This document shows positions 27,157 to 36,368 of a stretch of DNA of 64,000 bases, one piece after another. Position numbers and translations under genes: made by a program. The first letter of the stretch is position 1; the number at the start of each line of letters is the position of its first letter. Location of the stretch: NCBI GenBank assembly GCA_045648425.1, contig JAZRNV010000089.1:17691-81690 (forward strand), in the 5' to 3' direction. The DNA comes from Acutalibacteraceae bacterium. Lineage in GTDB: Bacteria; Bacillota; Clostridia; Oscillospirales; Acutalibacteraceae. Under the pieces are notes generated by a model, which was not told the DNA's origin, searched no databases, and was given only the letters and a program-made list of their open reading frames with translations.

Positions 27157-27906
27157 TTACATATACACGTCGAAAACCAGCATCAGGCAAAATCCGATAA
27201 GCAGGGCGTAGGTTGCTCCGCGCTGACTGCCGTGAGAATGGGTTTCGGGTATCATTTCATCACTGATTACGTAAAGCATTGTGCCGCCTGCAAAAGCAAG
27301 GGCAAAGGGTAAAATGGCGGTTGAAATGCTTACTGCCAAATATCCGACAAAGGTGCCCACGACCTCAATAAGCCCGGTAAAGAGAGCGCATATTACCGTG
27401 CGTCTGGGTGATACGCCTGCCGCTAACATAGGACCGATTATAACCATACCCTCGGGTATGTTTTGCAGGGCGATTCCTCCTGCAATAAGCAAGGCCTGAC
27501 TTGTATCACCTGAGCCGAAGCCCACACCTGCCGCCAAGCCCTCAGGCAAATTGTGAATGGCAATAGCCATAACAAAAAGCAGCACCTTGTTAAGCTTTTC
27601 GTTAGCGGGGTGACCTTCCCCTGCTCCCACAAACTGATGCAGATGAGGCACCAGCTTATCAATCAGGTTAAGGCACAAAGCACCGGCAAATATACCTGCA
27701 ACCGTCATTACAAGGCCCCACTTGCCGCCGTAATCCAAGGCGGGCAAAATCAGGCCAAGCACTGCCGCAGCAAGCATTACCCCGGCCGCAAAGGACAAAA
27801 TGATATCGCTGAATCTGTGAGATAGCTTTTTAAATATAAAGCCAATAAGGGAGCCGATAACCGTGGCCCCACCTACGCCTAACGCCGTAAGAACTACTAT
27901 ATACAA
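27157..27906 (-). CDS. zupT: ZIP-family divalent metal (zinc) transporter
   Basis: 249 aa and polytopic, with the HNLPEGLA signature. TTG start preceded by AGGTGA, 10 nt after the phosphatase stop. Confidence 0.75.
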   Translation of the reverse strand: MYIVVLTALGVGGATVIGSLIGFIFKKLSHRFSDIILSFAAGVMLAAAVLGLILPALDYGGKWGLVMTVAGIFAGALCLNLIDKLVPHLHQFVGAGEGHPANEKLNKVLLFVMAIAIHNLPEGLAAGVGFGSGDTSQALLIAGGIALQNIPEGMVIIGPMLAAGVSPRRTVICALFTGLIEVVGTFVGYLAVSISTAILPFALAFAGGTMLYVISDEMIPETHSHGSQRGATYALLIGFCLMLVFDVYM

Positions 27907-27916
27907 AAAATCACCT

Positions 27917-28396
27917 TTATTTCAGTAAGCCGTTTTCGGCTAAATATTGCATTAGGGCCTGACAACCCTTGTAAATATCGCTGTATGTGCGGTCAAAATG
28001 CCCGTTGTACCAAGGGTCAGCCACATTTCCGCCCTCGGAGGTAAAATCCAACAGCTTTTTAACCTTGCCGTGTGGGTCTTCACCGATTATTCTGAAAATG
28101 TTGCGTATGTTGTTATCATCCATAGCAACCAAAAGATCATAACTGTCATAATCGGATTTTTTAAGCTGCACCGCCCTTTTATCCCCTACGTCAATTCCGT
28201 GCAAGGCAAGCTCGCGACGGGCAGGAGGATAAACAGGATTGCCAACCGAGCCCCAAATTTCTTCGGTGCTGGTGGCACATGAGGCAATGTGTATTTTATC
28301 CGACAGAGACTGCCGATAAACCATATCCTTCATTATAAATTCTGCCATAGGACTGCGGCAAATATTGCCGTGGCAGACGAACATTATCTTTACCAT
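27917..28396 (-). CDS. low-molecular-weight protein-tyrosine phosphatase
   Basis: MVKIMFVCHGNICRSPMAE (CX5RS P-loop) and a downstream DP (NVADPWY). The ATG at 28396 is preceded by GAGGG (the ORF track extends to 28456). Confidence 0.8.
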   Translation of the reverse strand: MVKIMFVCHGNICRSPMAEFIMKDMVYRQSLSDKIHIASCATSTEEIWGSVGNPVYPPARRELALHGIDVGDKRAVQLKKSDYDSYDLLVAMDDNNIRNIFRIIGEDPHGKVKKLLDFTSEGGNVADPWYNGHFDRTYSDIYKGCQALMQYLAENGLLK

Positions 28397-28460
28397 TATA
28401 TTCCCTCGGTTGTTTTTTGATAAAATAAAAATATCATATATAAATGCTTTTGTCAAATTT

Positions 28461-28490
28461 AAAAGACTCCCTGTAAAAGGGAGTCTTTTT
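28461..28490 (-). terminator. rho-independent terminator after the ABC exporter pair
   Basis: AGACTCCC pairs with GGGAGTCT around a 7-nt loop, flanked by AAAA and TTTTT. Confidence 0.75.
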
Positions 28491-28539
28491 ATATTATTTG
28501 GGATTTTCGCAGCGATAAAACAAATTTACGGGAAAAACC

Positions 28540-30477
28540 CTATTCTAACTCAAAGGCGCCGGTATACAACTGATAATAAGTGCCTTTTTGGGCAATCAAA
28601 TCGTTGTGAGTGCCACGCTCAATTATTCTGCCGTGGTCAAGCACCATTATAACGTCAGAATTCATAATGGTAGAAAGACGGTGAGCAATGACAAATACGG
28701 TGCGTCCCTCCATAAGCTTATCCATACCACGCTGAACGATGGCTTCGGTGCGGGTATCGATAGAGGAGGTGGCCTCATCCAAGATCATTACGGGAGGATC
28801 GGCGACGGCAGCTCTGGCGATGGCAATAAGCTGGCGCTGACCCTGAGACAGATTGGCACCGTTATTGTTTAGCATCGTATCGTAGCCCTGAGGCAAACGG
28901 GTAATGAAATCGTGAGCACCTGCAAGCATTGCGGCTTGGCGGCATTCTTCATCGGTAGCATCCAACCGACCGTAGCGGATATTATCCATAACCGTACCTG
29001 TAAACAGGTTGGTTTCTTGCAGAACTATACCCAAAGAACGGCGCAAATCGGATTTTTTGATTTTGTTGATATTGATGCCGTCATATCTGATTTTGCCGTC
29101 GGCAATATCGTAAAAGCGGTTTATAAGGTTGGTTATGGTTGTTTTGCCTGCACCCGTTGCACCAACAAAGGCCACCTTTTGACCCGGCTGTGCATATACG
29201 GTTATATCGTGCAAAACATCCTTGCCCTCTTCATAGCCGAAATCAACCTTAGTAAGGGTAACATCTCCCTTAAGAAGAGTATAGGTCAAGGTGCCGTCAC
29301 TGTGAGGATGCTTCCACGCCCAATGACCCGTGCGCATTTCTGTTTCGGTAAGATTGCCTTCTGCATCAACCTCTACATTAACCAGGGTTACGTAGCCGTC
29401 ATCCGTCTCGGGCTTTTGATCCATCAATGAAAAGACTCTGTTTGCACCTGCCATAGCCATTACCACAGCATTTATCTGCTGTGACAGCTGGTTGATGTTG
29501 CCCGTAAACTGCTTGGTCATATTAAGGAAGGGCACCACAACACTGATGGAAAAGGCCATCCGTGACAAGCTGATGTTTTTAACCTCAAGGGTCAAAAACA
29601 GACCTGCTGCAACACCCACAAGAACATAGAGCACATTGCCGATATTCATTATGATGGGGCCAAGCATATTGGCATAGGCATTGGCTCGGCGACTATCCTC
29701 AAAAAGAGAATCATTGATGCGGTCGAACTCTTCCTTGCCTGCCTCTTCGTGGCAAAAGACCTTGACCACCTTTTGGCCGTTCATCATCTCTTGAATAAAG
29801 CCCTCAGTAGCGCCCACTGCCTTTTGTTGACGCATAAAGTATTTGGCTGAGCCGCCACCCACGACTTTTGATACAAAAAGCATTGCAAACACACCTGCTA
29901 CCACAATAAGGGTCATCCAGATGCTGAAATACATCATCAGTGCGAAAACCACAAGCACTATTGCTGCCGACTGCAGCAAGGCAGGAAGCGCCTGGGATAC
30001 CAGCTGACGAAGGGTATCGATATCATTGGTGTAATGGCTCATTATATCGCCATGCTTATTGGTATCAAAATAGCGAATGGGCAAATTTTGCATTCCGTTA
30101 AACATCTGCTTACGCATTTTGTTAAGGAAGCCCTGCGTCATATAGGCCATAAGCTGAGTATGTGTAACGGTTGCGGCCAAGCTGATGATATAAAGCACGG
30201 CAAGTATTATGATGGTAGGAATTACCTCCAAAACAGCCGACTGCCAGTTGCCCGACTCATACCATTTTTCGATTATTGCGATTACGTTTTGTATAAACAG
30301 TGACGGGATGGCCGATACACCTGCAGAAAAGAGGATGCACACTGCTGTAACAGGTGCTAAAACGGGATAGCTTTTGAATAAGAGCTTAACTACTCGCGCA
30401 AGACATTTAATGTCAAGCTTTTTGCCCATTGGCTTACCCATCGGCTTACCCATCGGCTTACTCATTGGCTTATTCAT
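28540..30477 (-). CDS. ABC exporter, fused permease/ATPase (heterodimer partner B)
   Basis: Six-TM domain plus GATGAGKTT and LSQGQRQLIAIARA. The start ATG at 30477 (MNKPMSKPMGKPMGKPMGKK) overlaps the upstream stop by 8 nt. The ORF track's 5' extension to 30588 is out of context. Confidence 0.85.
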   Translation of the reverse strand: MNKPMSKPMGKPMGKPMGKKLDIKCLARVVKLLFKSYPVLAPVTAVCILFSAGVSAIPSLFIQNVIAIIEKWYESGNWQSAVLEVIPTIIILAVLYIISLAATVTHTQLMAYMTQGFLNKMRKQMFNGMQNLPIRYFDTNKHGDIMSHYTNDIDTLRQLVSQALPALLQSAAIVLVVFALMMYFSIWMTLIVVAGVFAMLFVSKVVGGGSAKYFMRQQKAVGATEGFIQEMMNGQKVVKVFCHEEAGKEEFDRINDSLFEDSRRANAYANMLGPIIMNIGNVLYVLVGVAAGLFLTLEVKNISLSRMAFSISVVVPFLNMTKQFTGNINQLSQQINAVVMAMAGANRVFSLMDQKPETDDGYVTLVNVEVDAEGNLTETEMRTGHWAWKHPHSDGTLTYTLLKGDVTLTKVDFGYEEGKDVLHDITVYAQPGQKVAFVGATGAGKTTITNLINRFYDIADGKIRYDGININKIKKSDLRRSLGIVLQETNLFTGTVMDNIRYGRLDATDEECRQAAMLAGAHDFITRLPQGYDTMLNNNGANLSQGQRQLIAIARAAVADPPVMILDEATSSIDTRTEAIVQRGMDKLMEGRTVFVIAHRLSTIMNSDVIMVLDHGRIIERGTHNDLIAQKGTYYQLYTGAFELE

Positions 30478-32212
30478 CGCTATCACCTCCTTGGTTTTGC
30501 TGCTCATATACCTCGCGGTATATCTCGCTTTGCTCAAGAAGCTGAGAATGGTTGCCCACGGCAGTAATTTTGCCGTTATCCATAACAATAATCATATCGG
30601 CATCCTTAACCGATGCTATGCGCTGAGCAATAATAATCTTGGTGGTTTCAGGTATGAAGCACTTGAAGCCCTCGCGAATAAGAGCATCCGTCTTGGTGTC
30701 AACCGCGCTGGTGGAGTCATCCAAAATAAGAATTTTGGGCTTTTTAAGCAATGCGCGAGCAATACACAAGCGCTGCTTTTGACCACCCGATACATTTGTT
30801 CCGCCCTGCTCGATTTTCGTATCGTATCCGTCAGGGAAGGATTGCACGAAATCATCTGCCTGTGCAAGACGGCAGGCCTCTATCATTTCTTCATCGGTAG
30901 CGTTGGGGTCGCCCCAGCGCAAATTGTCTTTTATGGTGCCCGAAAAAAGCAGATTTTTTTGCAAAACCATAGCAACACTGTCTCGCAAGGTTTCAAGGTC
31001 ATACTCTTTAACATTGCGACCGCCCACCTTAACGGCGCCGTCGGTAACATCGTAAAGACGGGAAATAAGCTGAACGAGGGTGGTTTTGCCCGAACCGGTA
31101 CCACCGATTATGCCCACCGTCATACCCGACGAAATGTGGATGTTTACACCCTCCAAAGCGTTGCGCTGAGCGGCGGCTGAATATTTAAAGTTAACCGATT
31201 CAAAATCGACAGAGCCGTCGGCAACCTCCATAATCGGATTTTCGGGGTTGCGAAGAGCCGGCTCTTCGCTTAACACCTCGTAAATACGCTTAAAGGATTC
31301 GGCTGATATGGTAATGATAACATAAATCATTGAAAGCATCATAAGTGACATAAGCACCTGTATGCCATAGGTGAGCATAGCCGAAATCTGGCCTACATCA
31401 ATGAGGGTGCCCTTGCTTTCAATAACCATCTTTGAGCCGACGAAAAGGATGAACACCATATTAAAATAAATGCAAAACTGCATTAAAGGTGAGTTGAGAG
31501 CCACAATACGCTCGGCCTTAGTAAAATCACCGCATATATCATCGGCGGCCTTGCCGAACTTTTGCTTTTCGTAATCTTCACGGGAAAAGCCCTTAACCAC
31601 GCGCATTCCGCGCACATTCTCTTCGATAGATTCGTTGAGACGGTCGTATTTTTTAAAGACGCGGCGGAAGGCAGGCATTGCCTTGCGGCTGACGGCATAA
31701 AGGCCCAGAGCCAGCACGGGAATGACCACAACAAATGCCGTTGCCAGGAAGCCGCCCATAATATAAGCCATAACCACCGAGAATATAAGCATAAGGGGTG
31801 AACGGATGGCGGTGCGGATTATCATCATATAAGACATCTGCACATTGGAAATATCGGTAGTCATTCGGGTAACCAGCGAAGAGGTTGAAAACTTGTCTAT
31901 ATTTTCAAAGGTGTAGGTCTGAACCTTATAATAAAGGTCTTTACGCAAATTTTTGGCAAATCCGCAGGATGCCTTGGCGCAGGTGTAACCTGCTACACCT
32001 CCGCAGCAGAGAGATATTATCGCCAACAATATCAGCAACAGACCGGTGTTGATAATCTCACTAACCTCTGCACCGGCTTTTATGCGGTTAACAAGATCGG
32101 CCGTGATGAAGGGAATAGCTGTTTCAATAATTGCCTCAAGCACAATAAGAATCAAGGTGATTATTGTCGGTCTTTTGTATTCCCGTATACAGCAGGCAAG
32201 ACGTTTTATCAT
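30470..32212 (-). CDS. ABC exporter, fused permease/ATPase (heterodimer partner A)
   Basis: 580 aa. TM domain plus GGTGSGKTT and VSGGQKQRLCIARA. Confidence 0.85.
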   Translation of the reverse strand: MIKRLACCIREYKRPTIITLILIVLEAIIETAIPFITADLVNRIKAGAEVSEIINTGLLLILLAIISLCCGGVAGYTCAKASCGFAKNLRKDLYYKVQTYTFENIDKFSTSSLVTRMTTDISNVQMSYMMIIRTAIRSPLMLIFSVVMAYIMGGFLATAFVVVIPVLALGLYAVSRKAMPAFRRVFKKYDRLNESIEENVRGMRVVKGFSREDYEKQKFGKAADDICGDFTKAERIVALNSPLMQFCIYFNMVFILFVGSKMVIESKGTLIDVGQISAMLTYGIQVLMSLMMLSMIYVIITISAESFKRIYEVLSEEPALRNPENPIMEVADGSVDFESVNFKYSAAAQRNALEGVNIHISSGMTVGIIGGTGSGKTTLVQLISRLYDVTDGAVKVGGRNVKEYDLETLRDSVAMVLQKNLLFSGTIKDNLRWGDPNATDEEMIEACRLAQADDFVQSFPDGYDTKIEQGGTNVSGGQKQRLCIARALLKKPKILILDDSTSAVDTKTDALIREGFKCFIPETTKIIIAQRIASVKDADMIIVMDNGKITAVGNHSQLLEQSEIYREVYEQQNQGGDSDE

Positions 32213-32250
32213 TTTGTGGTCATCATCCTTTTAAATGGTTTTTTACATTC

Positions 32251-32279
32251 GCATTATATAATTATAACCATTTTTTGAT
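32251..32279 (-). promoter_or_regulatory. sigma-A type promoter of the ABC exporter operon
   Basis: Reverse strand reads TTGAAC (32279..32274), a 17-nt spacer, then TATAAT (32256..32251). Confidence 0.6.
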
Positions 32280-32313
32280 TTAAGTTCAAGAGCGTTTTTT
32301 GTAAAAATTCTTT

Positions 32314-32360
32314 TAATACAATAAAACTAAAAGTCACGATAACGCCGGGCGCATCGTGAC
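32314..32360 (-). terminator. rho-independent terminator after the CysK-like gene
   Basis: An 18-bp stem, AAAACTAAAAGTCACGAT pairing with ATCGTGACTTTTAGTTTT, followed by a T-rich tail. Confidence 0.85.
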
Positions 32361-32368
32361 TTTTAGTT

Positions 32369-33298
32369 TTATTCAAATAAGGGTGTTGAAAAATAGCGTT
32401 CAGCTGTATCAGGCAGCACGGTAACAACCGTTTTACCCTTGCCAAGCATCTTTGCCAGCTTGATTGCAGCGGCCACATTTGTGCCGCTGGATATGCCACA
32501 CATAATGCCCTCTTTTGAGGCCAGCTCCTTAGCTGTTTTTATGGCCTCGTCATCTTTAATGATGCAAATATCACTGATTATGCCTTGATTAAGGATGGGA
32601 GGAATTAATCCGTCGCCGATACCCATTTGAATATGGGTGCCGATAGAGCCGCCCGAAAGTATTGCAGCGTGCTCGGGCTCAACTGCCCAAATCACCATAT
32701 CGGGGTTTTGTGATTTAAGCACCTCACCGATACCGGTAATGGTGCCGCCCGTGCCTATACCTGAGCAAAAGCCGTGAATGGGGCCTTCAACCGCATCAAT
32801 AATCTCTTTGGCGGTTTGCTGACGCTGAATATCGGGATTGGCAGGATTCTCAAACTGTTGAGGCACAAAAACATTCTTATCTTCTGCCTTCATTTTGAGG
32901 GCGAGAGCAACACACTCTTCAATACAGTCGCCGATATTGCCGTCATCATGAACAAGCATTACGCTTGCACCGTAATGTTCAACCAGCTTTCTGCGCTCTT
33001 CACTGACGGAATCGGGCATAATTATGCAGGTTTTATAGCCCCTTACAGCGCCCACAAGAGCAAGACCTATGCCCTGGTTGCCGCTGGTGGGCTCAACAAT
33101 AACAGTGTCTTTGTTGATAAGCCCCTTTTGCTCGGCATCAAGAATCATATTAAAGGCCGTTCGGGTTTTTATTGAGCCGCCCACGTTGAGGCCTTCAAAC
33201 TTTACAAGTATTTGAGCCCCATCGGGATCAGCAATTCTATTAAGGCGGATTATGGGAGTGTTACCCATCGCCTCAAGTATATTGTTACAAATCATCAT
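32369..33298 (-). CDS. PLP-dependent cysteine synthase (CysK/CysM/SbnA) family enzyme
   Basis: 309 aa. PLP-Lys motif GGSIKTR, TSGNQG loop, GIGTGGTITG and QQFENPANP. Several motifs deviate from canonical CysK (SVKDR, TSGNTG). Confidence 0.7.
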   Translation of the reverse strand: MMICNNILEAMGNTPIIRLNRIADPDGAQILVKFEGLNVGGSIKTRTAFNMILDAEQKGLINKDTVIVEPTSGNQGIGLALVGAVRGYKTCIIMPDSVSEERRKLVEHYGASVMLVHDDGNIGDCIEECVALALKMKAEDKNVFVPQQFENPANPDIQRQQTAKEIIDAVEGPIHGFCSGIGTGGTITGIGEVLKSQNPDMVIWAVEPEHAAILSGGSIGTHIQMGIGDGLIPPILNQGIISDICIIKDDEAIKTAKELASKEGIMCGISSGTNVAAAIKLAKMLGKGKTVVTVLPDTAERYFSTPLFE

Positions 33299-33327
33299 TT
33301 ACCTCCAAAAGGTCAGTAACGCAATAC

Positions 33328-33356
33328 ATTATATGCTTTTTGGCGACTTTTGTCAA
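33328..33356 (-). promoter_or_regulatory. consensus sigma-A promoter for the CysK-like gene, overlapping the znuB stop
   Basis: Reverse strand reads TTGACA (33356..33351), an exact 17-nt spacer, then TATAAT (33333..33328). GGAGG RBS lies before the ATG at 33298. Confidence 0.7.
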
Positions 33357-34198
33357 CAACCGCGGCGAATTTTGCCTGCCAAAGTGCACAGCAAAAAGGC
33401 AACGCAGTTGGCGGCTACAATGGTTGCACCCACAGGAGCATCCAACAGCACTGACAAGCCAAAGCCCACCGAGGCACAGGTAACCGAAATTATTGCCGTT
33501 GCCAGAGTGACCGAGCGGAAACTGCGGAAAATACGCATAGCCGATATGGCAGGAAAAATCACCAAGGCAGATATAAGCAAGGAGCCCACCAAATTCATAG
33601 CCAAAACTATTACCACAGCTATAATTACTGCAATAAGAGTGTTGTAAACCGAGGTTTTAAGTCCGCCTGCGCGGGCGAAATCTTCATCAAAGGTAACGGC
33701 AAAAAGTCGGTTGTAGAAAAGCAAAAAGGTTATAAGCACCGCCACCGACAGCACCGCACAAATAAGCACCTGCGTCTCATCAAGAGAAAGCACAGAGGCC
33801 GAACCGAAGAGAGTGGTGCAAACATCACCCGAAAGATTGGCAGCGCCCGAAAACATATTAAGCAGCAAATAGCCAAAGGCCAACGCGCCAACAGACATCA
33901 TAGCGATAGCGGCATCGCCCTTTATTTTGGCGTTTTGGCCCACACGAAGCAAAAGCACCGCGCATATAACCGTAATGGGTAACACCACAATCATATTTTG
34001 GGTAACGTTAAGCACCGATGCAATGGCCAACGCACCGAACGCAACGTGAGACAGTCCGTCACCGATAAAGGACATTCTTTTAAGCACAAGAGTTACGCCA
34101 AAAAGGGATGCACACAAAGAGGTAAGAATGGCCACAATCAAGGCATAGCGTACAAAAGGATAGCTGAAGGCCTCTGCAAAAAGCTCAAAGGAATTCAT
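33353..34198 (-). CDS. znuB: metal (zinc) ABC transporter permease, ABC-3 family
   Basis: 281 aa and polytopic. In an operon with a ZnuC-like ATPase, a His-rich ZnuA-like SBP and a Fur-family regulator. Confidence 0.75.
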   Translation of the reverse strand: MNSFELFAEAFSYPFVRYALIVAILTSLCASLFGVTLVLKRMSFIGDGLSHVAFGALAIASVLNVTQNMIVVLPITVICAVLLLRVGQNAKIKGDAAIAMMSVGALAFGYLLLNMFSGAANLSGDVCTTLFGSASVLSLDETQVLICAVLSVAVLITFLLFYNRLFAVTFDEDFARAGGLKTSVYNTLIAVIIAVVIVLAMNLVGSLLISALVIFPAISAMRIFRSFRSVTLATAIISVTCASVGFGLSVLLDAPVGATIVAANCVAFLLCTLAGKIRRGC

Positions 34199-34905
34199 CG
34201 GTTACCCCTCCCCTCTGCTGACAGGCGCTTATAGTCATCACTTTTTAAGTAGTCTTCTTTGCTGTAAAAAACGGGAGTTGCACCGATATGTAATATTTTA
34301 TCAGCATATTTTACCGTCGCCTCAACATCGTGAGAAATCATTATAACCGCAATTTTATCTTCCTTGTTAAGCTTGGCAATCAGCTCATACAATCGGCCTG
34401 CAATATGATTATCAAGATTGGCCGCCGGCTCATCCAACAGCAAAAGCTTGCCCGTTGCACAAAGCGCCCGAGCCAACAATACCCTTTGCTGCTGCCCTCC
34501 CGAAAGGCGACTGTAGCTGCGATTGGCGACACCCTCAAGCTCTAACCGCTTAATGGCCTTTTCTGCCGAAAGGCGCTGATGCTTGCTGTAAAATGGGCGC
34601 AGGCCCAAGCCGCTGACGCATCCCGACAGCACCACCTCTTTAACAGATGCAGGAAAATCGCGTTGTGCCGCCGTCTGCTGAGGCAGATATCCGATTTGGT
34701 TTTGTTTTAATCCATCGTCCAGAGTGATTTCGCCCGAATAGGTTTTATGTAAACCAAGCAAAGCCCTCATCAAGGTGGTTTTGCCCGAGCCGTTTTCACC
34801 TACTACACAAATATATTCACCCTGATTGACGGCGAAGTTTATATTTTCTGCCACGCTTACGTTTTCATAGGCAAGGCATACTTCCTTACAGGTTATAAGT
34901 GCCAC
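34195..34905 (-). CDS. znuC: metal (zinc) ABC transporter ATP-binding protein
   Basis: GENGSGKTT, LSGGQQQRVLLARAL and LLLDEP. Overlaps znuB by 4 nt. Confidence 0.8.
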   Translation of the reverse strand: MALITCKEVCLAYENVSVAENINFAVNQGEYICVVGENGSGKTTLMRALLGLHKTYSGEITLDDGLKQNQIGYLPQQTAAQRDFPASVKEVVLSGCVSGLGLRPFYSKHQRLSAEKAIKRLELEGVANRSYSRLSGGQQQRVLLARALCATGKLLLLDEPAANLDNHIAGRLYELIAKLNKEDKIAVIMISHDVEATVKYADKILHIGATPVFYSKEDYLKSDDYKRLSAEGRGNR

Positions 34906-34916
34906 TTTTATCCCCC

Positions 34917-35861
34917 TCAGCCAAGCGCTGTTTTTAATGTTTTCAGGTTTGATTGCATTACTGCCAAATAGCTTTTGCCGTCGGATATATCTTTGGCTGA
35001 TACCGACTGCATTGAGTCAAGAGACAGTATCTGTTGATTTTGATGCTTAGTGTTGTAAATGACCGTCTTTGCCAAGGATCGATCACTGCCCTCTATTATA
35101 AGCAGAGTTTTAATATGGTTATCATCTATCCACTTTGAAAGAGAAATTATCTGCTCAAAATCGGCATCGGTCTCGGTTGAGCAGCCGGGAAAGGCCGCCT
35201 GCCATTTGATGCCGTAGTCATTCATAAGATAAACAAAAGGAAAGCGGTCTGCAAAAACCACGCTCTTGATTTTTGCGCTTTCGGTTACGGTACGATAGCT
35301 TTCATCAAGCTCAACGAGCTTGGCAACGTAGCTTTCATAATTTTGGTCATACTGCTGTTGATTTTCTTTATCCACTATCACAAGCAAATTGTGCAAATGC
35401 TCGCACACCTTAACGGCATTTTTAACCGAAAGCCACACATGCTCGTCATATTCACTGTGAGGGTGGTCTTCTCCCTCGTGATGATGATGGTCGTCGGTTA
35501 AAAGGATAAGCCCATCCTTCAAAACATCCATCAATTTTACCTTTTTGCCTGCAAAATCAGAGCTTTTTATGGCTTTATCCATCCATTGGTCGGATGAGCC
35601 GCCGTTATAAACAACAACATCCGCCTTGCTCAAGGACAAAACATCGCTGACGGTGGGCTGGTAGGAGTGCATATCGGTGCCTCGGTCAGCAATTACCGAG
35701 ACCTGTGTATCGGTGTCGGCCACAAGATTTTTAACCCAATCATACTCGGCAAAAGAAGCGCAAACTATATTAAGTCGCTCATCCTCTGTTTTTTGACCGT
35801 TACATCCGCAAAAGGTCAAAGTAACAGCGAGCAAAACTATTAAACTTAAAATTCGTTTCAT
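34917..35861 (-). CDS. znuA: zinc ABC transporter substrate-binding lipoprotein with His-rich loop
   Basis: MKRILSLIVLLAVTLTFCGCNG lipobox. The His/acidic loop DDHHHHEGEDHPHSEYDEH is typical of ZnuA/AdcA. The ATG at 35861 is chosen over the ORF track's 35927, which would overlap zur. Confidence 0.8.
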   Translation of the reverse strand: MKRILSLIVLLAVTLTFCGCNGQKTEDERLNIVCASFAEYDWVKNLVADTDTQVSVIADRGTDMHSYQPTVSDVLSLSKADVVVYNGGSSDQWMDKAIKSSDFAGKKVKLMDVLKDGLILLTDDHHHHEGEDHPHSEYDEHVWLSVKNAVKVCEHLHNLLVIVDKENQQQYDQNYESYVAKLVELDESYRTVTESAKIKSVVFADRFPFVYLMNDYGIKWQAAFPGCSTETDADFEQIISLSKWIDDNHIKTLLIIEGSDRSLAKTVIYNTKHQNQQILSLDSMQSVSAKDISDGKSYLAVMQSNLKTLKTALG

Positions 35862-35871
35862 ATATACTCCG

Positions 35872-36261
35872 TCAGTTACATCCGCCGCAAAGGCCGTACA
35901 ACACCGTGCGTCTGCTGTCAATTTCAAAGTTACTGCTTTGCAAAGCGGCCTTTAAAGCGCCCTCTGCCCTTTTGTTTTGCATATGAAAAATCTTTCCGCA
36001 ACGGGTGCATTGCATATGAATATGGTCACAGCAGGCCTTGGCCGCAACATATTGATAGGTCAGGCGCCCCTCTTCATCGGCTGAGCGGATGAGTCGCCCG
36101 TCTTGCACCATACGGTCAAGGTTTCGATAAACAGCACTTTTTGATATGTCGCCCACCGACTGTAAATCGGTAGCAATCTGCTCAGCGGTCAGATGACGGT
36201 CGCGGTGGGATTCAAAATAGTCGGTAAGCATCTTTCGCTTTGCGGTCACATACTCTTTCAC
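35872..36261 (-). CDS. zur: Fur-family transcriptional regulator, probable Zur
   Basis: 129 aa. Winged-helix N-terminus, HIHMQCTRCG and a C-terminal CGGC. GTG start with an AGAGGTG RBS. First gene of the znu operon. Confidence 0.75.
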   Translation of the reverse strand: MKEYVTAKRKMLTDYFESHRDRHLTAEQIATDLQSVGDISKSAVYRNLDRMVQDGRLIRSADEEGRLTYQYVAAKACCDHIHMQCTRCGKIFHMQNKRAEGALKAALQSSNFEIDSRRTVLYGLCGGCN

Positions 36262-36278
36262 GGAAATTCACCTCTTAC

Positions 36279-36301
36279 AATTTGCGAATGAGTCGCAAAT
36301 T
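36279..36301 (-). promoter_or_regulatory. candidate Zur operator (perfect 9-5-9 inverted repeat)
   Basis: Reverse strand reads AATTTGCGA-CTCAT-TCGCAAATT. It lies immediately downstream of the -10 box, overlapping the expected transcription start. Confidence 0.6.
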
Positions 36302-36330
36302 ATTATAAATCCATTTCTACAATTTGTCAA
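36302..36330 (-). promoter_or_regulatory. consensus sigma-A promoter of zur-znuACB
   Basis: Reverse strand reads TTGACA (36330..36325), a 17-nt spacer, then TATAAT (36307..36302). Confidence 0.7.
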
Positions 36331-36365
36331 CAAAAAATCAGCAGAAGTTTTAACCTCTGCTGATT
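36331..36365 (-). terminator. rho-independent terminator of proCBA
   Basis: AATCAGCAGA pairs with TCTGCTGATT around a 10-nt loop, followed by TTTTTT on the minus strand. Confidence 0.8.
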
Positions 36366-36368
36366 TTC

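Noticed and set aside
32254-32499. 81-aa minus-strand ORF overlapping the 3' end of the CysK-like gene and its terminator
   Set aside because: It is out of frame with a motif-supported gene and crosses an 18-bp terminator stem.
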